Of a stretch of 64,000 nucleotides of DNA, positions 53,479 to 61,997 are shown in pieces (the first letter of the stretch is position 1; every line of letters begins with the position of its first letter). The DNA comes from Actinomycetota bacterium (GTDB taxonomy: Bacteria > Actinomycetota > Acidimicrobiia > IMCC26256 > BP-133), in NCBI GenBank assembly GCA_040756995.1, contig JBFLYK010000036.1, positions 192 through 64,191 of the forward strand. Direction: 5' to 3'. The notes under the pieces were generated by a model, which was not told where the DNA came from, did no database searches, and worked only from the letters and a program-made list of their open reading frames with translations. Made by a program: the position numbers and the translations under genes.

Positions 53479-56400
53479 TCACACTGAGGGCAGCGCCGCC
53501 ACGGCGACCACTGGAGACGTCGGCGGGTTTCCGCCGAGCGACCCGGAGAAGGGCAGCGAGGAGAAGTTGAAGATGCCGCCGTCGGCGCCCACCATCAGGT
53601 AGCCGTCGCCGTAGCGGACCATGCCGACGACGGGCTTGTTCAGTCTCATGCCGCCGAGCGATCCCTTGAAGGGTGCGTCGAAGGCGAAGATGCCGCCGTC
53701 GCCGGCGACGAGCCAGTAGCCCTTCCCGTCCGAGTCGGGTACCAGCGACTGCACCGGGGCGTTGAGCTTCTGGCCGCCCATCGAGCCGACGAAGGCGGCG
53801 TCTCCGAAGGCGAAGATCCCGCCGTCGGAGGCGACCATGTAGTAGCCCTGACCCGACGGGGTGGCCACGGAGTCGAGCACCGGTCCGTTGAGGTTCACGT
53901 CGGACACATCGCCGAGGAACGGCGCATCGCCGAAGGCGATGGCCCGGCCCCGGTTGGTGAAGACCCAGTACCCCTGGCCGCTCGGGGTGGCCGAGAGGCT
54001 GGCCGGTTCCTCGCCCTTGCCGAGCTGGCGGAGATCGACGTGGCCCAGGGCGGTGGCGTCACCGAAGGAGCCGATGTTGCCGTCCCGGTTCAGGGTCCAG
54101 TAGCCCCGGCCGGTCGGAGTCGGTTCGAGGTCGACGGCCGCGGCGGCCGTATGTCCGAGAGCCGGAGCGTCACCGAAGTTGTAGACCTTCCCGTCGGCGG
54201 CGAGAGCCCAGTAGCCGGGTCGGCCGCTTGTGGCACCGGACGCGCCGGGTTCGGCCCGGCCGGGATGATCGGGCGTCGGGCTCGTCGTCGAAGGGCCGGT
54301 TCCGGGGTTGGTAGTCGTCGGTGTCCCGGGCGCGGTGTCCGGGGTTGTGGGCGGCGCGTCGCCGGTCGTGGCGGTGACCGTGACGGCCGGACCCGTTCCG
54401 TGGGTGTTCACGGCCCTGACGGTCACGGTGTACGGCGTGTCGGGCTTGAGATGGGAGAAGGTGACGACGTTCCACGGTGTCGTTTGCCGGCGGGTCTCGC
54501 CGGCCGGATCGGTGACCGTGACGAGATAGGTGAGCGTGCCGCCCCCGTCCTCCTCCGGCGTGACCCACGTGGGCATCAACGTCGTGCCGTAGGTGGTCAC
54601 GCTGACGTCGCGGGGAGCGCTGGGATCGGCCGACGCCATGCGGGCCGCGGTGGCGACGACGAGGTGCTCACCCGGGCTGAGACGCAGGTCCACCCAACGA
54701 GTGTCGCCCCACGGCGCGCCGGGCAGTTCGTACTGATAGCCGCTGAGAGTGGAGCGGCCGAAGAGCGGCACCGAGAAGACGCCGTGCTCGTCGGGGCTGA
54801 TGAAGTCGGTCCTGATCCACCCCCGCCCGACCAGTCCCCCGCCGATCGGCACATCGGCGGCCAGGGTCGAGCCCTGCAGCCACATGTTGCCAAGGTTCGG
54901 GTAGCCCTCGGCGTCGACGAACCTCACGTAGCCCGCAGTGGCGTCGGGTACGGTGAAATTCAGCGTCGTCGGCCCGGTGATGTCGCGCTCGACGCTCACG
55001 CCCCACCAGGTCGGAAGCGTGGCGGTGGGCTCCTCGTAGTCGTCGTAGTGTTCCCTGTCCTCGAAGGAGATCGTGTGGCGCCCGGGCGGCACGTCGAGCT
55101 GGTACGTACCGCCGCCGGTCCACGCTCCGTAATCACTTCCGTCGATCGTGACGACGGCGTCGCCCGACGCCCCCACCTGATCGAACGCTCCCCGGCTGTC
55201 GCCGGCCGTTCCGCTGACCCGCACGGTGGCCGGCAACCGGACCTCGGTGGAGGCACCGGCGCCGTCGACGGTCACGGTCTGGTGCAGGAGCCCTGAGCTG
55301 GCCGAGACGGTCAGCGGTGCACCGGCGAACACCGTCCAGACGTCTTCGCCGTTCTCCCTCGCCCAACCGTTGTTGAGCAGCAGGCCCGTCCCGACCCCGC
55401 CCGGAAACAACTCGACTGGCGCGGTCCCTTCGCCGTTGAAGCGCCCCGCCAACCACCCGCAGCGGATGCCGGAGTTGCCGCTGCATCCGGACAGAACGGC
55501 CGGAGCGGGGTTGCCGGCGTGGTCGACCACCCGAACGGTGTGCGTCGACGTCGGCAGGTGCAGGTCCTGGGTGCGGTCACCGGACAGCTCGAAATCGGGA
55601 AGGGTGACGAAGGCTCCGGTGGCGGTCGCCCAGCTCTCCATGCCCTGCTGCTCTTCGTAGGATCCGAGGTCGGCGGCGACGGAGAGGCGGTACCGCCCGG
55701 GCGGCGCTTTCACGACGAACGAGCCGTCTTCGCCGAAGAACTCGCCTCCGGTGCTGCGGTACTCGTCGTTCTCGAGAGTCACCTTCCCCTCGAAGATGCC
55801 CTCGCCGAAACCGGCCGTCAGCCGGCCGCGCAGCGTCACGCTCGAACGGAGCACGGCCTGGAGCTGCCCGGCCGCCGGGACGGTCACGGTGCGGTGGAGG
55901 ATCCCGAGCCCGGCCTCCGCCGGCGCCTCGGCCGACAGCCTGAGTTTCCGGGTGGGAACCGTCGTGAACACGACCTCGCCGTTGCCGTCGGTGACGCCCT
56001 GGACATCCGACCACGTCGTGGTGTCGGTCTCGCCGGGCCAGACATCGAAGTCGACCGGGCATCCGTCCGGGCATGTCTCGTACGTGCTGAGCGACGCGGT
56101 CGCTCCCGCCACCGCCCGGCCCAGATCGTCACGCACGACCACCTTGGTGGATCCGATCGGGAACGTGAGGTCGGCGGAGCGGTCTTCCGACAGGTCGACG
56201 TCGCGCACCAGCACGCCGATCCGGTGGGCCCCCGACTGGTCGAAGCTGCGGGAGAGCTGGACCCAGTGCGTACCGGCCGGCCCGATCACCTCGAACGTGC
56301 CGTCGGTCGCGGTGACGGTGGAGCCGGCACTGGTGTTCACGTTGATCCCGGACAGAGGAGTCCCGGCGGCGTCGCGCACCCTTCCGCTGAAACGCATCAG

Positions 56401-56853
56401 AGGCTGCACCGCCACGTTCAGCTTGATGTCCGACCCGACCTCGACCCCGCGGACCTTGGCGACGAAGCGGCTCTTGACCGGGCCGCCCGTGACGTCGAGG
56501 TCGTAGACGCCGGTCGGTGCCGACAGCGAGTACCGGCCAGCCGAGCCGGTCGTCGACTGGTCCACCACGGCGCCGTCGGACTGGTTGAGCAGACGCACGA
56601 TCGCGCCGCTGATGGCGCTGTCGTCCCCTTGTACCCGGACGATCCCCTCGAGCCTGCCGGGGGCGTCTTGGGCGGAGTACGCCGTGGCCGGAGAGAGGGC
56701 CGCCGCCAGGACGACTCCGACGAACAGGACCGCGAGCGGACGGCCGGGCCGGGAGCGGAGACGAGTACAGGACAGCGACGACGGCACCGAGTTCCTTCCA
56801 AACGGTCGGCCCAGGGAAGCGCTCGGTCCGGCGAGATTCCGGCGGAGCGCCAC
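53479..56853 (-). CDS. Large secreted multi-domain protein: CarboxypepD_reg-like repeats, fibronectin type III, Thr/Pro linker, six C-terminal ~40-aa repeats
   Basis: Signal-like N-terminus. SGAIVRLLNQSDGAVVDQSTTGSAGRYSL-type beta-sandwich repeats. FN3 (PSAPRDVSV...YTVTVRAVNTHGTG). TP-rich linker. Repeats of the form GYW.v..DGGIFAFGDA.F.GS.GG..LN.PV. Confidence 0.85.
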   Translation of the reverse strand: MALRRNLAGPSASLGRPFGRNSVPSSLSCTRLRSRPGRPLAVLFVGVVLAAALSPATAYSAQDAPGRLEGIVRVQGDDSAISGAIVRLLNQSDGAVVDQSTTGSAGRYSLSAPTGVYDLDVTGGPVKSRFVAKVRGVEVGSDIKLNVAVQPLMRFSGRVRDAAGTPLSGINVNTSAGSTVTATDGTFEVIGPAGTHWVQLSRSFDQSGAHRIGVLVRDVDLSEDRSADLTFPIGSTKVVVRDDLGRAVAGATASLSTYETCPDGCPVDFDVWPGETDTTTWSDVQGVTDGNGEVVFTTVPTRKLRLSAEAPAEAGLGILHRTVTVPAAGQLQAVLRSSVTLRGRLTAGFGEGIFEGKVTLENDEYRSTGGEFFGEDGSFVVKAPPGRYRLSVAADLGSYEEQQGMESWATATGAFVTLPDFELSGDRTQDLHLPTSTHTVRVVDHAGNPAPAVLSGCSGNSGIRCGWLAGRFNGEGTAPVELFPGGVGTGLLLNNGWARENGEDVWTVFAGAPLTVSASSGLLHQTVTVDGAGASTEVRLPATVRVSGTAGDSRGAFDQVGASGDAVVTIDGSDYGAWTGGGTYQLDVPPGRHTISFEDREHYDDYEEPTATLPTWWGVSVERDITGPTTLNFTVPDATAGYVRFVDAEGYPNLGNMWLQGSTLAADVPIGGGLVGRGWIRTDFISPDEHGVFSVPLFGRSTLSGYQYELPGAPWGDTRWVDLRLSPGEHLVVATAARMASADPSAPRDVSVTTYGTTLMPTWVTPEEDGGGTLTYLVTVTDPAGETRRQTTPWNVVTFSHLKPDTPYTVTVRAVNTHGTGPAVTVTATTGDAPPTTPDTAPGTPTTTNPGTGPSTTSPTPDHPGRAEPGASGATSGRPGYWALAADGKVYNFGDAPALGHTAAAAVDLEPTPTGRGYWTLNRDGNIGSFGDATALGHVDLRQLGKGEEPASLSATPSGQGYWVFTNRGRAIAFGDAPFLGDVSDVNLNGPVLDSVATPSGQGYYMVASDGGIFAFGDAAFVGSMGGQKLNAPVQSLVPDSDGKGYWLVAGDGGIFAFDAPFKGSLGGMRLNKPVVGMVRYGDGYLMVGADGGIFNFSSLPFSGSLGGNPPTSPVVAVAALPSV

Positions 56854-57028
56854 CCTCTGTTTCGGGGGACAGGGGCGGTCGTCACCGTCCGGGCCGAGAC
56901 TTCACACGAATGACATGAACAGACTGACCCGCCGCCCAGTTTGGTTCGCCGTCTGGCGGGTCGGACACCCGCGGCTCGTAGAGTGCCAGGCTCTGGTGGT
57001 CGCTGACCACGCCGACGGGAGGTCGAGC

Positions 57029-57958
57029 ATGAACGTTTCCGATGGTCCTCGTCCGGGCGACGTCGATTCTGTCTGGCCGTCGCTGCCCGTCGCGGAGTGG
57101 CAGGACACCCGGGACACCCTCCACATGTGGTCCCAGGTGGTCGGCAAGATCCGCATGGCGGCGGCGCCACCGACCAACCACTGGTGGCACACCACCCTGT
57201 ACGTCTCCACCCGGGGTCTGACCACGTCGCTCATCCCTTACAGCTCACGCGGGTTCGAAATCGAATTCGACCTGTCCGAGCATCGGCTAACGGTCGAGAC
57301 GACCGAAGGCGAACGCCGGTTCATCCCGCTCGAATCCAAACCGGTGGCCGTGTTCTACGCCGAGACCATGGCCACCCTGCGGGATCTCGGCATCAACGTC
57401 GACGTCCTCACCCGACCGCAGGAGGTGGAAAAGGCCATCCCCTTCGAGGAGGACTACGAACACGCCTCCTACGATCCCGACGCTGCCCACCGGTTCTGGC
57501 GGCTGCTGTTCCAGGCCCACCGGGTGATGAGCCAGTTCCGGGGCCGCTTCGTGGGCAAGGCCAGTCCTGTCCACTTCTTCTGGGGCGCCTTCGACCTGGC
57601 CGTCAGCCGCTTCTCCGGCCGCCCCGCCCCCCGCCACCCCGGGGGCGTGCCGAACTGTCCTGACTGGGTCCAGGAGGAGGCGTACTCCCACGAGGTGAGC
57701 AGCGCCGGCTACTGGCCCGGCGGTGGCGGTGAAGGCGTCTTCTACGCCTACGCCTATCCGGAGCCCGAGGGTTTCGCCCAGTTCCCGATCCGGCCGCCCG
57801 CCGCCTCCTACAACAACGACCTGCGCGAGTTCATCCTTCCTTACGAAGCGGTGCGGACGGCGGAGAACCCGGACGAGGCGCTTCTCGACTTCCTCCAGAG
57901 CACCTACGAGGCCGGGGCCGAACTCGCCCGGTGGGACCGCGCCGCGCTCGAGGCCTAG
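57029..57958 (+). CDS. Conserved hypothetical protein (resembles the DUF5996 family as I recall it)
   Basis: WQDTRDTLHMWSQVVGKIRMAAAPPTNHWWHTTLYVSTRGLTT. ATG 57029 is preferred because the upstream part of the 457-aa ORF overlaps the neighbouring gene. Confidence 0.75.
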   Translation: MNVSDGPRPGDVDSVWPSLPVAEWQDTRDTLHMWSQVVGKIRMAAAPPTNHWWHTTLYVSTRGLTTSLIPYSSRGFEIEFDLSEHRLTVETTEGERRFIPLESKPVAVFYAETMATLRDLGINVDVLTRPQEVEKAIPFEEDYEHASYDPDAAHRFWRLLFQAHRVMSQFRGRFVGKASPVHFFWGAFDLAVSRFSGRPAPRHPGGVPNCPDWVQEEAYSHEVSSAGYWPGGGGEGVFYAYAYPEPEGFAQFPIRPPAASYNNDLREFILPYEAVRTAENPDEALLDFLQSTYEAGAELARWDRAALEA

Positions 57959-58004
57959 CGGCGAAAACCCCACTCTTCTCCTTGTTCGCGATTGGCCGGC
58001 CCGG

Positions 58005-59135
58005 TCAGTCCCGGATGATCCAGAAGAGCCGGGCCGGTTCAGCCAGGAGGTTGCGCCAGCCGGCCACGGTGGCCCGGGTGGCCAGCACGGCGTCGCCCGC
58101 CCGCAGGACCGGGGTGGCGGTGCCCAGGTCGACCTGCACGAGACCACCGGCGGCCAGGATGAGCTCGACGCCTTTGTGGGGGACGGGCGGCGTCCCCCGC
58201 TGGCCGGGCCCCAGCTGCACGAGGTAGGCCCGCAGGCCGGCCGTGTCGTCGTCGAGGAGCGCGACGTCGCCCTGCGGCGGGCCCAGCCGGTCCCGCCGGG
58301 CGAGGACGTAGTCGCCGTTGACCCGGACGGTCAGCAGGTCGTCGAGACCGATGCCCAGCGCCTCCACCAGGGTCAGCAACGTTTCCAGGGCCAGGCCCCG
58401 GTGGCCGGCTTCGGCCTGCGAGATGGCGCTGGGGGACACGCCAGCCAGGCGGGCGAGATCGGCTTGGCTCAACCGGCGCTCCTCCCGGATCCGGCGGAGA
58501 CCGGCGCCGAGCCGGCCCAGGGCCTTCTCCTGCTCGAAGGTGGGCGCACCGTCGGCGCCCAGCCGGAGATGGAGCAGCCGGCCTTCTACTCCGGGCCGGC
58601 TCTCCGCCTTGACGACCCGGAGATGGCTGGCCCCCAGTTCGAGCACGCACTGGGTGACCTTGGTGATCCCGTCGACGAGCGCCGCCCCGGCGGCTCGGCT
58701 GACCCGCCAGTAGGCGATCGATCCGAGGTCGTAGAGCTGGGGGCACACCCGGCTGAACAGGCCGAGGGCCCGGGCCCGGCCCAAGCGCCGGACGAAGGCG
58801 TCGAGGCTGTCGACCACGACCCGGCCGGGAGTCTGGCGGGCGTCGTCGAGAATCCGCAGCTCCAGGGCCGTCGGGTCGGCCAGCGGCCGGCCGGGCCGGG
58901 CATCGAGGACGCGGATGCCGGGGCCGAACTCCGCCCGGAGCCGGGCCGGCGTCCGTTCCGTCGTGACGTAGCTGCAGGGTTCCCGGCGGCGGGCACCTTC
59001 GATGAGGAAGGACCGCTCGATGGCCCCGATCACGCTCTGGCCCGCTGTCACCCAGACCACGTTGTCGCCCGGCAGGAGACCCCCGAGCAGGTCGTCGAGG
59101 TCGGCTAACCCGCTGCTGGTCGATTCCATCCTCAC
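58005..59135 (-). CDS. Three-domain regulator: degenerate KaiC/RecA-like N-domain + XRE-type HTH + C-terminal cupin
   Basis: GLADLDDLLGGLLPGDNVVWV (KaiC/RadA-like lead-in, with no GxxGxGKT P-loop after it). LSQADLARLAGVSPSAISQAEAG (XRE HTH). C-terminal beta-rich PHKGVELILAAGGLVQVDLG (cupin-like). Confidence 0.75.
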   Translation of the reverse strand: MRMESTSSGLADLDDLLGGLLPGDNVVWVTAGQSVIGAIERSFLIEGARRREPCSYVTTERTPARLRAEFGPGIRVLDARPGRPLADPTALELRILDDARQTPGRVVVDSLDAFVRRLGRARALGLFSRVCPQLYDLGSIAYWRVSRAAGAALVDGITKVTQCVLELGASHLRVVKAESRPGVEGRLLHLRLGADGAPTFEQEKALGRLGAGLRRIREERRLSQADLARLAGVSPSAISQAEAGHRGLALETLLTLVEALGIGLDDLLTVRVNGDYVLARRDRLGPPQGDVALLDDDTAGLRAYLVQLGPGQRGTPPVPHKGVELILAAGGLVQVDLGTATPVLRAGDAVLATRATVAGWRNLLAEPARLFWIIRD

Positions 59136-59221
59136 CGTCCCGGTCGTTAAGCAACGCTAATTCTCATGCCGTCTTGTCGCCAGCATCTGGTTGTATCGGC
59201 GGAAGCGAGGAGGTCGGTCAC

Positions 59222-59563
59222 ATGTCCACGCGCCTCGAGGCGACTTCTGTCGAAACCCATCTCTCAGCCGAGCAGCTCGGCCATCTGCATCGCCTGCTGC
59301 AGGACGAGCAGGCCATGCAGCAGGCCCGCGCCCTCGAGCTGGAGGACGCCCCGGATCTCGAACCGGACCTGGCCGAGGCCCTCCTCGTCCGGTGCCAAGA
59401 AGCCCTGGAGGAAGTCGAAGCGGCGTTGCGTCTCTTCGACCAGGGTCTCTACGGCCTGTGTGCCGGATGTGGTGCGGCCATCCGTTTCGAGCGGCTGGAA
59501 GCGGTACCGGCCGCCCGGCACTGCGTCTCCTGCCAGGCCGATCGGGATCGCGACATGCGCTAG
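59222..59563 (+). CDS. DksA/TraR-family C4 zinc-finger protein
   Basis: Coiled-coil N-terminus and CAGCGAAI...ARHCVSCQ. GAGGAGG SD lies upstream of ATG 59222. Confidence 0.8.
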   Translation: MSTRLEATSVETHLSAEQLGHLHRLLQDEQAMQQARALELEDAPDLEPDLAEALLVRCQEALEEVEAALRLFDQGLYGLCAGCGAAIRFERLEAVPAARHCVSCQADRDRDMR

Positions 59564-59616
59564 CGATACAACGGGCGCTCTAACAACAATTCTGATTGAC
59601 GTAAGAGCGGCCAGCT

Positions 59617-59646
59617 CTCTAAGATCAACGCTAATAGCTCTTAGAG
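59617..59646. promoter_or_regulatory. Palindrome CTCTAAG-N16-CTTAGAG upstream of the DoxX-like gene
   Basis: Perfect 7-bp arms. A second, 6/7 copy (CTCTAAC-N16-GTAAGAG) lies at 59578-59607. A related site is at 60946-60973. Confidence 0.45.
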
Positions 59647-59660
59647 ACGGAGGCTGTGTC

Positions 59661-60119
59661 ATGAGTACCGCTGTGATGAAGAACGCCGCCGTGGCCGGAA
59701 GGCAGCGGGCAACCGGTGTCGCCGCCTGGCGCCTCGACCCGGTGGTCCAGGCCTTCTGGCTCCTGCGGCTCGGCTTCACGGTTGCTCCGATCCTGTTCGG
59801 GCTGGACAAGTTCGCCCACGTGCTCGTGAACTGGGACCGGTATCTGGCTCCGGAGTTCGCCGACGTCCTGCCCTGGACGACCCACGAGCTGATGTACGCC
59901 GTCGGGGTCATCGAGATCGTGGCCGGCCTCGTCGTGGCCGTCCGGCCGCGCTTCGGCGGCTATCTCGTCGCCGCCTGGCTGGGCGGGATCATCGTCAACC
60001 TGCTGATGCAGGCCGACTACTACGACATCGCCCTGCGGGACTTCGGCCTCATGCTCGGCGCCCTCACTCTCGCCCGGCTGGCGTCCGGCCTCGTTCCGAA
60101 GAGCAACCCTCCGCGCTGA
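59661..60119 (+). CDS. DoxX-like integral membrane protein
   Basis: About 150 aa with 4 TM segments (FWLLRLGFTVAPILFGLDKF, VGVIEIVAGLVVAV, YLVAAWLGGIIVNLL, LMLGALTLARLA). ATG 59661 is preferred. Confidence 0.7.
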   Translation: MSTAVMKNAAVAGRQRATGVAAWRLDPVVQAFWLLRLGFTVAPILFGLDKFAHVLVNWDRYLAPEFADVLPWTTHELMYAVGVIEIVAGLVVAVRPRFGGYLVAAWLGGIIVNLLMQADYYDIALRDFGLMLGALTLARLASGLVPKSNPPR

Positions 60120-60196
60120 CCATGATTTCCAAGGGCTGACGTTGAAGAGGCAGTTGCCCGGGGCGGACCGCGATCCCGCTCCGGGCGGTCGGCGCG

Positions 60197-60937
60197 TCAG
60201 GGGCTGCCGGGTCGCCTGCGCCGGCCGGCTTCCTTGTCGCGGACGAGCGCCACGCAGCACAGTCCCGGACGGGGATCGAGGACCGCTTTGAGGGTGCCTC
60301 TGGGGGAGGCGGCCGCCCGCTCCAGCAAGGCGAGGTTCATGCCGCAGACGGTCTGGCGGTGGGCGTCGGCCAGGCGGTCGAAGGGGCAGTTGCGCAGCCG
60401 GATGACGCCGTCCTCGTCGTGGAACGGTTCGTAGCCCCGCTCGGCCAGCACCTGTTCGAGCACGGCCACACGCTGGGCCTCGCTGCGGCCGGCCACCCGC
60501 CGGTCGACCTCGGCCGCCACGTCGGACCCGAAGGCCTCGGCCGATCGCTGCAGCGCCGCCTTGGCCCGGCCGGTGGGTTCGCGGTCCACGGCGTCGGCGA
60601 AGATCCGGGCCGCCAGTTCGTAATCGCGGGGCGGCAGGGTGATGTTGAACTCCCGGGCCGCCCGGCGGTAGAGCTTGGCCGGCCGCCCCGCCCCGGGCCC
60701 GGTCCGGCCGGTGCGCCGGGCGAAGGACACCTCCAGGAGCCCGTCTTCCACCATTCGGTCGAGGTGGTAGGCAGCCAGCGTCCGGCCGACACCGGCGGCG
60801 GCCGCCGCCTCGTCGCGGCCGGCGGGTTCGGCCTGGCGGATCACGAACTCGTACAGGGCGCGGCGGGTCGGGTCGCCGAGGCTGCCGAGGCTGGTGACGT
60901 CGTCCCTCACCGGCTCCTGCGGCGCTCCGCTGTCCAT
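60197..60937 (-). CDS. ArsR-like winged-helix transcriptional regulator with C-terminal extension
   Basis: LGDPTRRALYEFV...RDEAAAAAGVGRTLAAYHLDRMVEDGLLE. C-terminal Cys-containing domain (CPFDRLA...VCGMNLAL). Confidence 0.75.
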   Translation of the reverse strand: MDSGAPQEPVRDDVTSLGSLGDPTRRALYEFVIRQAEPAGRDEAAAAAGVGRTLAAYHLDRMVEDGLLEVSFARRTGRTGPGAGRPAKLYRRAAREFNITLPPRDYELAARIFADAVDREPTGRAKAALQRSAEAFGSDVAAEVDRRVAGRSEAQRVAVLEQVLAERGYEPFHDEDGVIRLRNCPFDRLADAHRQTVCGMNLALLERAAASPRGTLKAVLDPRPGLCCVALVRDKEAGRRRRPGSP

Positions 60938-60945
60938 GGCGTCTA

Positions 60946-60973
60946 CTCTAAAACAACTCTTCCTGATTTAGAG
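60946..60973. promoter_or_regulatory. Palindrome CTCTAAA-N14-TTTAGAG in the ArsR-like/folP divergent region
   Basis: Perfect 7-bp arms between divergent starts at 60937 and 60983. Confidence 0.45.
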
Positions 60974-60982
60974 TTGCCGAAC

Positions 60983-61912
60983 ATGGGGTGGCCGGGTGCG
61001 ATCTCCTCAACTCGTGTCATGACCGGGACCGTTCTCCGGCTGCGGGAGGCGACGCTGTCGCCCGGTCCCGATGCACCGCTGATCATGGGTGTGGTCAACG
61101 CCAGTCCGGAGTCGTTCTCCGACGGTGCGTCCTCCGCCACGCTCGACCGGCAGTTGGCCCGGGCCCAGGCTCTGGTGGAGGCGGGCGCCCACCTTCTCGA
61201 CGTGGGGGGCGAATCCGGCGTCACGAACCGGCCGCCGATCAGCGCCGAGGAGGAGATCGACCGCATCCTCCCGCTGGTCAAGGAACTCGTCGGCGCCGGT
61301 TGCCTGGTGTCGGTGGACACCTGGAAGGCGCCCGTGGCCGCGGCGGCGCTGGAGGCCGGCGCCCATCTCATCAACGACGTCAGCGGCTTGCGGGAGCCGG
61401 AGATCGCCGACCACTGCGCCGCGGCCGGGGCCGGCCTCGTGATCATGCACACCCGGGCCGTCCCGAAGGTCAAGGCCTTCCCGGTCTACGAGGACGTGAC
61501 CGCCGACGTCATCCGGTTCCTCGAAGAGAAGATCGCCCTGGCCACCGCCCATGGGGTCGGGCTCGAACACATCGTCGTCGACCCCGGACCCGACTTCGCC
61601 AAGACGCCGGCCCAGACCGTGACCGTGCTCCGCCAACTCCCGGAACTCGCCCGGTTCCGCCGGCCCATCCTCCTCGCCGTGTCCCGCAAGGACTTCGTCG
61701 GAGCGCTCACCGGCCGGAGGCCCTCGGCCCGCCTGGCCGGGACGCTGGCCGCCATCGCCGAGGGTGTCGACGCCGGCGCATCGATCCTGCGGGTCCACGA
61801 CGTCGCCGACGTGGCCGACTTCCTCAAGGTCCGGGCCGGGCTGCGGGGGTACGCCGACGTCCCGGCCGACCTCGCTCTCCCCGAGCACCTTCGCCGGGAA
61901 CCGACTCCGTAG
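60983..61912 (+). CDS. folP: Dihydropteroate synthase
   Basis: IMGVVNASPESFSDG, LLDVGGES, SVDTWK, INDVSG and ILRVHDV blocks of DHPS. The start could be 60983 or the downstream Met (MTGTV). Confidence 0.88.
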   Translation: MGWPGAISSTRVMTGTVLRLREATLSPGPDAPLIMGVVNASPESFSDGASSATLDRQLARAQALVEAGAHLLDVGGESGVTNRPPISAEEEIDRILPLVKELVGAGCLVSVDTWKAPVAAAALEAGAHLINDVSGLREPEIADHCAAAGAGLVIMHTRAVPKVKAFPVYEDVTADVIRFLEEKIALATAHGVGLEHIVVDPGPDFAKTPAQTVTVLRQLPELARFRRPILLAVSRKDFVGALTGRRPSARLAGTLAAIAEGVDAGASILRVHDVADVADFLKVRAGLRGYADVPADLALPEHLRREPTP

Positions 61913-61997
61913 AGCCGCCGCCGGCCGGTGGAAGCCCCGTCGGTCCGGGGTAGGTACGCCGCGACGACCCATCGAGGCATCGGACGCGGGAGGACGG

